Shown: positions 13,140 through 25,800 of the stretch, piece after piece | Numbering within the stretch: the first letter of the stretch is position 1 | Layout of the letters: the number at the start of each line of letters is the position of its first letter | Notes under the pieces: generated by a model | Database searches by the model: none | Seen by the model: only the letters and a program-made list of their open reading frames with translations | What the model was told of the DNA's origin: nothing | Source of the DNA: Dysidea avara | Lineage: Eukaryota | Assembly: GCF_963678975.1 (NCBI RefSeq) | Contig: NC_089278.1 | Coordinates: forward strand, 6,612,531-6,676,530 | Direction: 5' to 3' | DNA: 64,000 nucleotides | Position numbers and translations under genes: made by a program

Positions 13140-13612
13140 AGTGTTGGGAGTAATGCACTACATTTGTAACGCGTTACGTAATATTATTACTTTTGTGGTA
13201 CCTAAGTAATCAAGTTACTTTACTTACAAATGTAACGCGTTACCTAAGTAATGTAGTTATTGTAACGGGTCTAATATTATTACTACAAGTAACGAAGTTA
13301 CTAATCCCGTTAGTAATCACTGAGTAACGCCTAGCCACAACAAAGTAATGAAGCCTACTGAATGAAGCTTATTCACCAGCTTCTTACTTATAACCAAGAT
13401 TTGCACATTGCCCAACAACGAAATCATGTCATGTGATAAGGTGGTAGTTTCACACGTGACAGCTTAAGGCTGTGGACACAAGGTAATATAATATGTAATA
13501 TTATTATAGTTACTTTATTTTATGAGTAATATGTAACTGTAACTAAATAGTTTAGTTGCAAGTAATATGTAACTAGTTACTTTGTAAAAGTAACTTTCCC
13601 AACACTGCAAAT
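13140..13612. mobile_element. MITE, about 470 bp, with terminal inverted repeats CAGTGTTGGGAGTAA… and …GTAACTTTCCCAACACTGC. The interior is rich in GTAACG/GTTAC palindromes. A second, diverged copy is at 28590-29308.
   Basis: The terminal inverted repeat was read directly at 13140-13160 versus 13590-13612. The interior has long internal self-complementarity (taacgcgttac, gtaacgggtc, gttactttacttacaaatgtaacgcgttacc). Confidence 0.75.
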
Positions 13613-16600
13613 AGGGATATCCCCTTATTCTCTACTTATAAATTACACAGGGTGACTGCAAATTCTAATAGAACGCACACCTAAAAACCACCTTTAAAAG
13701 CATCTTTCAACCCTCTGGTGGTTCTTTGCATTGAGTATAGGTTCACTAGTAAGTAGGGCTGAAACAATCGTAGTTTTTAGTATTTGAGAGTTAATGATTG
13801 AGTACTCGTGAATACTACAGTCATACCCATTTGACCTGTTTTGTACCAACCTTTAAACCATTTACAACTTTTTCAAGTAACAACAATGATACACACACTG
13901 TATTAAAGTACTGATGTTAGTGTTCCTGACAAAAAAAATTATGCCAATCAAACTCTACAGCCTTCATTGTGTCACTCCCTGATGACAAATACATCATGTG
14001 AGCTGGGTCATGTGATCTTAATGAGTACTCATCAAGTATTAGTATTTGTTTCAGTAAGCATCAAGTAAAATGAAACAGAAAAGTGGATTTCAGACAATAG
14101 ATTATGGAGGGGCACGTTCAGACATTTTGCCATTTGTTCAATATTATTTGTTCCACTCACGTACAGCAAAAGTTATCCACTTTTCACAATAAAAACTATA
14201 ATAGCCATGTTTACTGAGTCCTCCCCATGACGTATTTTCCAAGCAGAAACTTGCTCATCAAGTATTCTCTAATACAGTACACCAAAATTATTTTATCAGC
14301 CAAAATAAGTACTCATTGCAAATACTACTTGTAACAAAACACTATTGTATTGTTATATTGTGTACTGTGCAGGAATCATGTATGATTATAATGCACAGGT
14401 GTAATTATAAGTGTCCAAATCATTACAAAACTCAGTGTATGTGGGAGCGTTAACAATGTTCTGGGGTAGATTGTTCCATAGTTTAATCACTGAAGGGAAG
14501 AATGAAAATTTAAAACTGTTAGTTATCGTTTTAATTGCTTTCTGCATAAAGGTAGATCCAGAGTTTCAGCATAGATAATATACAGCCCCCATACTTTGAA
14601 TATATATATGCTTTGAGCCTCGCTTTAATTTGAGCTAATAGCTAAAATTAAATGTAAAGCTAATTCAAATTCAAATGTAGCTAAGCTACACTGTACAAAA
14701 TAAAGTGTGTCTGACAGACTGACACACCAAAAAATGTCACAATAGACACACTTTTGCACATGGTGTGTATATTGTAACATTTTTGGTGTGTCAGACCATA
14801 GTGTATACCTTATCATATTATGTAGATAATAAGGTAATACCATAGATAATATATACCTTACAGTATATATTATCTATGGTCAGACACACATCATTTTTTA
14901 CAGTGTAGCTAAGTGTGAATTATAGAGAAAATTATAGCCTACTCACTATGGCTGCAATATGCATGAGTTCCACAAAGTTGAGATTTAAGAGGTCTAGGTG
15001 AGTGCAACCTCCAGGAGCTGTAAGAAATTTAATTCTATTATGGCCTAAAGATGAAACCACATGTTATACTGTATCTATGTTGCAAAGAGCAATTGTGTAC
15101 TTCATGATAATGAGCCTTATATATAATGTTTTGTATGCAATTAGTGTATTGCATGTGCTTGTTTTGCTGCTCCTCTTCAATTTTTCAACCACTACAGAAA
15201 GAGATGTAATACATAGCTATGATCATCTCCGGTATATGTGCATTTCATTTCACAAGCTGTGGTGAATCACAGACCACAACCCAAGTATAGCAAGTTTGTA
15301 GTTACAGCTAAAATTTCCTACTACACATTTAACCAAAGGAACAGAATATAGCTATAGCTTTCAAGAAGAATTGATGTCTTATGATTCATGGTATATACAT
15401 ATTAAAAGTTTAACTTTAAACGATTGACATGCCAGCAGGCACAATGGTGAGATAGCAGTGTACAGGTCAAGATGAAGAGCCAGCTCACAAACTGGTCTTT
15501 TGTTCCTTATAGTTAATGATGGATGTTCTATTAGAGTAGTTGACTGTTTTATTAGAGTATTTCAATTTTACCCCTGAAAATATAAATTTGACCCCTGGGA
15601 TTAGCTCTTCTCTTCTCACTTCATGCTTATAAGATCCAATCGCACCTATTTACTGTAGCTTCTATACTATAACTTTCTAGCTATCAATAGATCTTTGGAG
15701 GTGAGAGTTCTTCAGCACCCCCTAAATCTGCTCTGTACATTTTTAATGGGAAAGCAGAAGTAGCTATACTTGTGGACTTTGTACTAACAGTGTTTTGATA
15801 AGCCTGTATACCTATATTCCTTTGAAGCTATAGGAAGCTTACAACAATGGTGTGAATTTGGCATCACTAATTAATGTCTGCATGCATGTAGTCCTTTTGG
15901 CAGAATCAAAAATTATGATGTGACATGTTCTAGTTTTGCCTCAAATTGTGGTCCAGGTGTTAATATGCTTTGTTTGATCTGTCAAAGTAGCTACTTTGAG
16001 TTTCACTGCTGAGTGTTAACTTGCTCCATCAACACTTTAATCATAAGCATGGATTTACTATAATAACCAGAAAGACTTGAAGCCCTCATTTTTGATAGAC
16101 CATACTGAAGTTAGATACTCTCCTCTTTTATTATTCACTCTTGACAGTATTAAATGATCTTCATGTTGTGTCCTCTTTGGTGTTTTTCTAAACATACCTT
16201 ACAGAAAGGAATGCCATATAGGCCTATGACACTGTTCACTTCATTGTTTACAATACTGAAATGACAAAAGTTTGGCATGACTAAAGTATGGCAAAGAATT
16301 AGGTGAATCAAAGGAAATTTGCCAAACTTTATATTCGCCATACAATTACCTATTGTATATTGTTCAACTTTAGCTGCACGGTAAATTTTCCAAACTTTCA
16401 TCTGCCAACCTGCTAATTCACCAAACTTGCCAAACTTTTGTCGTTTACATGACACACAAGGCAGAAGTGTAACTGCATGTACTAAGCAGCCAAACTTGAC
16501 ACTGATTTTTATTCAAAACTTCTGTTGCAATGCTCACTATCTCTGGTGGTGTTTATAAGGGACTGGCTGTAATTTGAGACAATCTAGTATGTCTCATGGT

Positions 16601-17796
16601 ATAATGGTTGCATATTTATGCCGTAAATGTACATCTCCTTTTTCCATTTGTGTTTCTTTACAGCGCACTATACATCTATAAAGCCATAGATATGTGCATC
16701 ATTGCATGCATGATGAGGTAATACATCATACTCTATGAAACCTGGACTGGCTTACTCTATAATACCTCTACCTCTTACTCTGGAAACTGAAAACCTTCTC
16801 TTAACTCTTTCATAATGAGCTGGCTACCCTGCTGTCTAAGCGTTTCACTGTTGAGGTCATCAATAATGTGTATATATCTGTGGCTCTATAGATGGATATA
16901 TACTCCTGTGGACCTCGTGACTGCTGAGTCTATAGGACGTCCACTGTATGTGATCCCCCTCCAGTAGGTCTTTATAGGTATCCTTTTCTGTTGGCATACA
17001 TATATCGATCCCTTTTTAGCTAACAGATTTAAACAAATTTCTTCTAGCTTTTCATAGAGATGTGTGCCGGGGTGGAAGGGAGTGCCATATTAGGGCTAGT
17101 TAATTATATAATAAAAATATAATTTTAAAAAACATAATGAGGCAATCAAATGGTAAAGCCTTGTGAGAATCCCACTCTATTGCTAAGTCATTAATTGGAT
17201 CATAGACCAGAAAATTCAATTACAGAGGAACCAACAAGCATTATTGCATGTCTGTACCAATACTTTCTGAAGTGATCAATTTATAACCATCAGTTACAGT
17301 TTATCCACCTGTCATGGTGTTACTAGTATCTTAAAACATATCATCTGAAATATCTGATTAAATTAGTCATGACATGGCAATTATGTACACAAAGCACCAC
17401 TAATAATGCAATACTGCTCTTCCGTAAAACGATATTAAAATCTGAATGTGGCATAACAACAGTATAATCCATTATGGATTTATAAAAATTTAAAAGGGAG
17501 AAATAAGGATTGCTGAAAAAAACAAGAATACCAGAAGGGATTGCTGGGGTGGCAATGTAAACCACAAATTCCTATTTCGCCTTGACAAAGCTTTTAGAGA
17601 CATTGAGTTGGGTTTTGTGCTTTATATTACCACCCCAGCAATCCCTTTTTGTTTTGTTGCTTTTTTCAGCTTTCCCCTTAATTTATAATACTGTATATAG
17701 GACATGCGTACCCAGTGGTAGTGCATATGCATGCATTCAGTGACATACGTACCATGTATATCCTTTACATTACACTGTCACACTGTTGTACCACTT

Positions 17797-18720
17797 TACA
17801 AGTGATATAACAATGTCACCAAAACCTACTTCACTTCATGATGAACCTGCAATAAAATAAATGTGTTCTTGTTTCTCCTTCATGCGGTCAACAGGTCCTG
17901 ACTAATATTGAGGTCAGTGGATGTAAGTCATTGCACGACACACACACACTCACTCACTCACTCACTCACTCATAGGTTATTGATATAGCATATCTGTAAG
18001 ATGCATGCATATATGAAAATTTTCATCTTTGTATTTACAATGTGGTCATTGTCATTACCGTACTTGTTATCCTATGCATCAGTATGGTATACACAGTCTA
18101 TCAGTTATTCACTCCCTGTGAACATGGTCCAATTGAGCCTACACACACATTCTATCTCATATAACTACAGTATACATTAAACCAATACATACTGAGTTTC
18201 TCTCAAAAGCACTTTTTTTATCATCACCCTTGAGGGGATGATAATCCTCATCACCTAGCACCCTCAAGGGGAGGATATAATCCTAATGTTTATACTCACT
18301 GTAAGCTATGGAGTTTCTGATAGCATCAAAATGCTCTACAGAACAAAACCATTTAATCTGCAGCTGAGATAGAGGAAAAACTGACTGTTTTTTGGATCAC
18401 CTTATAAAATCAATTTTAAAAGTTCACAAAGGTCAATCTGGGATGGCCAAAATGACATTAGCAATTACAAATAAATTTGCCAAGTTTCATGGTATTATTT
18501 AAAAGTGCGTGCATGCACTTAAGTTTCAAAGGTCTTAGCTATTGTATGTTAAAAATAGTGCTAAGAGAAATAACATTTCAGCTAACCAGATGATTAACAA
18601 CGACAGTAAAGGTGTCAAGAGTAGAGATGTGCAGTAAGTTTGACTCCATTGCAGGTTCAGGAAGACTGTACACTTTTATGGTTTCTACAGAGGAATTTAT
18701 GTGGAAACTTTGATTAGAGT
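17797..18720. repeat. Segmental duplication: about 920 bp, roughly 95% identical to 51521-52400, same orientation. Contains a (CA)n/(CTCA)n microsatellite at 17941-17973 and a hairpin CACCCTTGAGGGG…CCCTCAAGGGG.
   Basis: A base-by-base comparison of the two intervals shows long identical runs. Examples: caatgtcaccaaaacctacttcacttca…, tatgaaaattttcatctttgtatttacaatgtggtcatt…, ctgcagctgagatagaggaaaaactgactg…. Confidence 0.85.
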
Positions 18721-18759
18721 TTATGCATATAAACTCTAATCAGACACTATTATGGTTAT

Positions 18760-19333
18760 TATGCATATAAACTCTGACACGTTGAGGAGTTCTTTAGCTG
18801 AACACTAACGGTGGACAATAGTAACACTGTAATATCGGCGGGCCTGAGTGCTTCTCACTTCAATGCCTGTTTCCACTTCAGCATATTCTTCCAACAATTG
18901 AGACAGCTTCTAATAAATCAAGAAAACCAGTGATATCAAGAGAGACATTTTAACCCACAATCAATACCTCTGACTGAGCATCCATATCATAAGGCAGGTC
19001 AGCCTATTGAGGTATTCATATATTTATACCCTAACTAACTATCTAACTAACTTTATTGCCAGCTAGGATGACGGGCTTTAACTGAGGACCTTCAGTACAA
19101 TGTTTGATCAGGGGTAACCAATAGGTAGTGAGCTGTTAGCAACATTACATGGCGGCTGACAAGTATAGCAACCACTAACCTTCTCCATTGCAGCCTCATC
19201 AGTCAGTGAATAAACAACACACACAACATGAGACTGTAAACAAAAAGTAATCACCCAACAATCTACATGTTGGCTACCTTAACAATCTCTTCCATCAATG
19301 CCTCTTCATTCTGTTCTTGACCTAACATAACAA
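18760..19333 (-). pseudogene. Inverted partial duplicate of the Miro/RHOT locus (60225-60795). It carries copies of Miro exons 4-9 and their mini-introns on the minus strand, with no upstream exons, so it is a gene fragment or pseudogene.
   Basis: The reverse complement of 18763-19333 matches 60225-60795 almost base for base. At one end aactctgacacgttgaggagttctttagctg is the reverse complement of cagctaaagaactcctcaacgtgtcagagtt. At the other end ctgttcttgacctaacataac is the reverse complement of gttatgttaggtcaagaacag. Junctions: 18712-18762 carries a short tandem duplication, tatgcatataaactct(aatca/gaca). Confidence 0.85.
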
Positions 19334-19334
19334 G

Positions 19335-19965
19335 CCAGAACATTAGACATATTATACTAGCGCCATGGCAACTATGCATCCTCACGTGACTAAATAATTG
19401 CGCTCGTTAAATCACTGCACGTGAAGAATGCATATTGGATGAACCTAGATTTTGAGCATATGTTATAGTGCGCTTGAAGGCGTGGAGTATATTAAATACT
19501 TTAGGTTTAAGGAAGAAATTCCATCCCTCCTGGAGGAAGACTGAGTGTGGCCCCGACTAGACATTGGGTGACCTGCAGTTCGAATCTTGGATTTTTTTCC
19601 TTACTTTGGCCCCTTTTCTGTTACACCTTTTCAGTCAGTGAGTAAGTTAAGTCATTAGGTCTAAGTCCCTGAAATTGGGTTAGGTAATCCTAAGGCTGCA
19701 GCACATGTTACTGTCAGACCTTCAGTGCTGGTCACTGTAAAGTGCTAATAATAAAAATAATAAAATATTAGAAAACAAAGTGGAGTATATGAGATTTATT
19801 ACCCATCCAAAACAGCCTAAATAGAGTCTCTCCACGCCTCCAAGCACAATATAACATATGCTTAAAATTGAATCGCTATGCGTTCTTCACGTGCAGTGAT
19901 TTAACGAGTGCGATCATTTAGTCACGTGAGGACGCATAGTTGCCATGGCGCTAGTATTATCGTAA
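19335..19965. mobile_element. Foldback-type element with about 145-bp inverted arms (19351-19495 and 19800-19945). The arms contain CACGTGA motifs. The loop carries a nested SINE-like insert.
   Basis: ctagcgccatggcaactatgcatcctcacgtgactaaat…gcgcttgaaggcgtggagtatatt versus its near-perfect reverse complement …gcatagttgccatggcgctag. A solo arm plus the same 3' flank recurs at 36790-37230. Confidence 0.75.
19500..19790 (+). mobile_element. SINE-like element: tRNA-like B-box (AGTTCGAATCT), conserved body, (TAA)n/(AATAAA)-rich tail. Partial copies at 28283-28462 (+) and 29101-29150 (-).
   Basis: The interval …gggtgacctgcagttcgaatcttgg…ccttttctgttacacctttcagtcag…cagaccttcagtgctggtcactgtaaagtgctaataataaaaataataaaat is shared nearly identically with 28295-28460. 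Confidence 0.65.
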
Positions 19966-20146
19966 GAAAACCAGCCGCTTTATTATTATTATTATTATTA
20001 TTGGGTCACACATAACCAAGTAAATTTGTTAATGTATATACTAATTTATCTGATTTGTCAAAAAAGACAGGGTGACACCAAAAGGCAGAGCCTGTACGAG
20101 GGTGTTTCCCTAGAAGATACAAAACCAAAAAAAAAACAAAAACAGC
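19966..20146 (-). mobile_element. SINE insertion ending in (AAT)n on the minus strand. Its 3' terminal TACTTGGTTATGTGTGACCC is shared with the LINE 3' end at 33897-33935.
   Basis: The (ATT)7 run at 19981-20001 is followed by gggtcacacataaccaagta (reverse complement of TACTTGGTTATGTGTGACCC). This interval is absent from the otherwise collinear paralogous flank at 36966-37010. Confidence 0.6.
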
Positions 20147-22620
20147 TTTAGCCGAGCCTACAGCAGAAACAGCCGTGGATGAGGTAAGTAATCTGAGTGT
20201 AATGTGAAATAGAGTCTAAAGCAGTTATACGGGCACAATGTGGAGTCTATGAAATTTATAAACCCAAAGGCTCGGGCTGTAGCGCACGACGTATAACTAT
20301 TATTTATCCATACTGTAAACTAGCTATAAATAAGTAAATAATAGTATCAGACAATTTCACTGAAACGCAAGCAGTTGACATACACTGTACAACGTTATGG
20401 GTGGAAGCATACACACCCGCATACATAGCTGACCCGCAGCTTGAATGTCATAATATAGGTTGCCTACACAATAGATACCAAGTGCTTAGGTGCCATATAT
20501 ACATATAATATAATGTAGTCTTCAGTTCTAGTATAGTCTGGGCCCAGAAGAGGCTGCAGCTCCACAGTCTGATGCCCTGCGGTCATCTCCACAGAAGTGG
20601 CACTTGTACAAGTATCTGCTCCCTAAAGCATGAGCCATCAAAATTCCATTTATAGCAGCAGGCCTGCCTCTTTTTGTCATATGGTTTGGGTTTTGAAGGT
20701 TGACCTTTGGACCAGGAACACTGCTTGATGGCCTTTGGAGGGACAGGCACCTCCCATATATTGAGAAGTTGAGTTCTCCCCATACACGAATCCCTTTGGC
20801 TGCTGCCCAGATTCTGAAGTCCTTGTTTTACTGGATCCACAATGACCCACCCAGGTCCTTTGAGAGCTGAACCATAAAAAAACTGTGAGCCATAAGCCTA
20901 TCATGGGTTGTGGATGGAGATGCGGCTAGAGCTGCCGAATAAACTGAAAAGGCTTGCAGCCATGATGATATGTCAACAATTGCTTTTTCTTCTTCGGAGA
21001 CTTGTCATCAACAAGTAGGATGGTCTGACCACCTTGGTGAGAGACAGTAAAAGTGTCTGGCCTCTGCAGGGAGTCATAAGATAACAAGAACTCCAACTTG
21101 ACAAACTTCTAGCGTTGAATCTTCTCCAATGTTTTCTGGGGAATAGGGGGGAGTCCTTCTGCAATTACCACCAAAGGCTGTCTGACCTCTGAAGTATCAG
21201 CACTCAGACCATCAACCAAGACCGGCAAGATAACTGGAAGATTCACCTTCATTAGTCCTCAATGAAGGGTCCACAGGTAGTACCACTGCTGCTCCTATAC
21301 AAGTACAAGCAGGTGACAGCCTGTAATTAATTACATGACTAGCATGTGTCTATAAAATAAAAGCTGTCTTGGCTAGAAGCTCAGCTACCACTGAATGAGC
21401 TGTCAGACCAAAATAACCGAAAAGACAGTGGACACATCTAAAAGGGCCACTAGGTAATAGTGGCTGACACTGGCAGTGAACTGCCACTCTTGAGCTCGCC
21501 CACTCTCAAGGGGGCACAAGTGCTCAGTGAAGTGTGACTCAATGGATAAGTGCATGCGGAGAGCACAGGAGACAACATAATTATTATTTGTGTGTACGCT
21601 ATAATATTAAAAGCGTATGAAATTTACCAGGTGGTGGAGCGGACGAACTTGACGGACCTGACAGTAAGGGGTGAAGACCAGCTGGCTGTAGAATTCCAGC
21701 TACAGCTTGTGCAATTCGTTGCACGTCTCCCTCCGGTAAAGTTGGGCTATGCTTCACTTGGAGAGAGAGAAAAACCAGTGAACTCGAGCTTGAACTAAGA
21801 ACTGTGAACCAGCAAACTTGAGCTTGGCTTAAAACTCGTTACTAAGTGAAAGTGAGTAAGACCCGCTCAAAGTCAATATATATATTTATGAGGCTCCGTG
21901 ATACAAAATTATCCGGGGAGTTTATTGTCCGGTTATGAGTTAGCCGTGAATAAAATATTAAGTAAGCATTCAGTTGACTAACATACAGTAATGAGTGTAC
22001 AGTTGACCTTCAAGTTAAACCCTTTTAACCTGTGGTTAAAATTGGATAAATATGTTTTTTAATATAATCTTGTACAAATTGCGGTATTTCAGCATGATTG
22101 AATAATGCAGCATTCACTTGCCATGATGATAAATTAATTACATACTACCATTAACTCTTGATACTACTGATACTACCAATAAATGGAGTTATCTCTCTTG
22201 TTTTGATGCATGGAATGATCAACACACACAGTGGTGTGTTGTGAAGCCAAGAAAGTTAGTGCACCATCCCAATAAGTTGTTATCAACATAAAGTTGTTTT
22301 TGCTCTGTTTCCTTTTGCAGTAGACAAGGTAGGGCAGCCTGCACTAACAAATTTGAGTGAAATCACTTAACCATCCATTACCAGATATATATGCTACCAA
22401 TATTTTCTTTGTTTGCACACTTCACAAATGCAATCTTGCAATAATTTGGCACACTTAAAGAGAGTCCAAAGGTCCAATTTCAGCAACAAAGTGGCAAATG
22501 CAAAGCCTTTGCTACTCTTTTCCAAGTATTACTACACTTGCTTCATGTGTATTCCAATAAATAAGAAGGTGATTAAATTACAGTGCAGATGTTCCTCAGA
22601 ATAAACTAAGTTTTATGGTG

Positions 22621-22877
22621 TTTGCAATAGTATATGTGACCGGATTTGACAAAACCAGGCTTCCACACACATCCAATTCTTCGACTTTAATTGCTAGTAA
22701 CTTGACAATGCAGTATGCTATTGCCCTACAATTTTCACACAATGCTTTCATTGCTTTATGTAATAACAAGTCCAAATTTGAAACTGATAGCTCACTTTCA
22801 TACTGAATTATGGTCCTTCAAAGTCGTAAATTTGGATGTGTGTGGAAGTCTGGTTTTGTCAAATCCGGTCACATATA
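22621..22877. mobile_element. MITE with about 45-bp perfect terminal inverted repeats (TATATGTGACCGGATTTGACAAAACCAGGCTTCCACACACATCCAA), flanked by TA; Tc1/mariner-Stowaway-like
   Basis: The left terminal repeat at 22624-22669 and the right at 22828-22875 are exact reverse complements. The interior is AT-rich and non-coding. Confidence 0.85.
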
Positions 22878-25800
22878 AGCAAAAAGTGTCTGATTTCTGG
22901 ATTGATTTCTATATTTAGTATTGGTATCGGTATTGGCAGATGATTTCACTAATTGTACTGCTATCGGAAGTATCAGTATCGATACACCTCTAATCGAGAT
23001 GCACTCATCAACCAATCATGAAATAAAATCACATTTTAAGCATAAAATATTAAATTAACAATTAATTGTGTCCTTACTCATTCTGTTAATCCTATAGGAA
23101 ACAAAGATGGATAACATGTAATGCTTAATTATAAGCTGTATCCTTTGTTATAAATATACGTTTGCAAATTAAACCTTTGCATCTCATAATCCATCAGACG
23201 TTCAAGTCATTTATGGCTTTTCTACTCTGAAAAAATGGTTATTGTGATTGGTGAAACATTTCCTTTTACAATAACACTATTTTCATGTCTCATATTTTGT
23301 AGCATTTACTCTATTCTATTCATCTATGTAAAACCTTTAAGCTCAGCCATACAAGTGTTTGTCTTTGTTCAGTGTGCTTCAATACTTTGTTGAGGCCTCA
23401 GACATGAACACCAGCTGCTTTGACAACCTTGAGAGGAGTCCTGATATACCCTTGGTATACAATGTTTCTTCCTAATCATCAAGTATGGAAATGGAGCATA
23501 CTGCTGACTCAGTGAGACCTATAAGCATGATTTGGCACCCTTACGAAGGGGTCAGCTTTATTGCAACCCAAATGATGATAAATGTGATCCTGCTGCAATG
23601 TCTCCATGTACAGAGCTGTTATATGCGCCCCTGTTTGGTATGGTCATTTCCTTAGAGGTGCATGCTACCCACAGTCTGGTATTCATTGGGGGAAACCTAC
23701 TGAATGGATCTGGCTTATGACTTCTGCAGCAATAAAAGGCATATTGCTCTGTATGTGCTAGATTGCCCTCATTTTGTACACTGCTCCAAATGGGCTCTGT
23801 GGTAGGCATCCTGTAGGCTGCAAGCTGTTTGTAAATTTCCAAAAGAGGAAAAGCATGAAATGTATGTCTTTTATAGAGATGTGTGAAAAGCATTAAAGTG
23901 CAAGGTGGGAAGTGGAAAGAGGTGTTAGATTTGTTTGAGTGTCAAAAACTGTATTGCCATTGTTGACCAGTGCTATAGCATCTTTGGGTTGCAGCTGCTA
24001 AACAACTTTGATGAACAACTGCCTGAATAGGGTGACAGGTTGGTACCGCATTAGCCATCATCGATCACTGGGCAGGATTTGGATAGTAATTCAGACCAGA
24101 TCCGTCACAGTTGAGGAATGTGGTTGATTGGTTCTGTGTTATTACAAAGAGTTTTTGCAAGAACAAAAGAGATGTTGGTATGATGCAAGTACTCTTGTGT
24201 ATACATACTCTGGTTCAACTGGAAGATCAGCTTTATCGTTACCTTTTGTACATTTGAGGTGTGTGTGTTTTCAAGCATTAAAATAATCTAATTGAACAGT
24301 CAATGCTCTAATAGAGCAGTCACATAACTCGATTTGATTTGCTCCCGTGTTCTATTTCCTTTCTTCCTCTATTCACCAGAATAATCTGTTTTATAATCTT
24401 ACTAGGTGGACACAAAAAGTGAAGATGTTGTGTTTGATATATCTGGAGTTTCAACAGTTTCTATTAGCTCACGTGATGCGTAATAATTTTCTCTGTGTGC
24501 ATTCAATGCAGGTACATAGCTATAGTGACATTACATCTTGACATTCCATTGATGATATATATGTATGTTTGCATGTTTCACGAAGTCATAAAATGATACA
24601 TCTGACAATGTCTATCCACAAGATGTCTGTACAAAGTATGCCTACACTTATGCATCATGTATATATAGATATCGTGCAGCTTCTTTGGCATTGTTAGATA
24701 TGCCTTTTCATATTTATCTGTGATTTATGGCCAATTAGTGGTTCTTGGTTTCCTCTATTTTGTCTTACACCACCTGTACCCTCCATGTGTAAGTGTAACG
24801 TTTTCTTCTTTTTTCATTATCCAGCCCTAATGGCACTCCCTTCTACCCTCACATCTCTAGCTAGAAGTGAAACAAAGAGAAAACAAAACAGCTAACCTAA
24901 AGAGCCTACATAGACCTACAAAATACCACATAGATTGCCAGTATGCACACAACCTCTGTAACTGATGCTTGTTATACAGCACCAGCTGAATTGTTTCAGT
25001 CAACATTTTATGAAAATTTTGGTTTTGTATGAACTGAACTAAATGTATGATCTGGCTACACTTCTAATAATAAATCAGTTTCCACTTCATTCGGTTACTC
25101 TCCACATTTGTTTTCCATTCCAATTCTCTGTAATTCTGTAGCTAATTTGCTCTAGTCACTGTTAGGAGATTTTGGGTGTGATATGTATCTCAAGTGTATA
25201 TCTTAATGTACATTTACAAGAGAGTCTACGTACATGAAAGGAGAGAATATTGTTGAAGAGTTTGCTATTTTGATTGCATGCACTGTCACAGACCATTTTA
25301 TGCTTTAGTGTACCATTCTTAGGTGGTGCAACTGTATGGTCTGATCAAACAACTGGTCTGGTTGGATTTGATAGACACAATAGTTGTGTTAGCACTTATT
25401 CCTGTACAGTGTGAGCTACCCAGAATACCATTGCTAGGCCACTATACCACATTTAGCTATATTACAACGTCATATATATCTACTTGCAGGCCTCATCTTT
25501 GTAATTTGCCATTAGTACTGATTCTGGGACTGGCCACTTCAGCTGCTACTTCACTTCACCGCACACTCGCTATGTCCTCTTTATCTGCCCTCAATATAGA
25601 ACACTTTAAGATGCAGCCATCAGCCACTATGTTGGATGCTGTGATCAACAAGGTGTGCTGGTGTTGTCAAGTAGCACAGCTTCATGTCCCTCTGTAGGTA
25701 CTGATAAACTCTCCATTACGATTTAGGCTAAAGGATAAGGCACTGCATTATTTAATTGATCACTTTCTCTACCTCAATTTTTCCATCACTGAAGGGTCTG

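Noticed and set aside
19560-19590. tRNA-like T-loop/B-box sequence (GGTGACCTGCAGTTCGAATCTTGG), possible tRNA gene
   Set aside because: No acceptor stem, anticodon arm or A-box could be folded around it. The same segment recurs at 28310 as part of a SINE body with a (TAA)n tail, so it is SINE-derived and not a tRNA gene.
20583-21164. Cluster of minus-strand ORFs (85, 75 and 63 aa), considered as a degraded retroelement pol or integrase
   Set aside because: No catalytic motif (DDE, YxDD, HHCC) could be identified, and frames are broken. It is left unannotated as possible decayed transposable-element or intergenic sequence.
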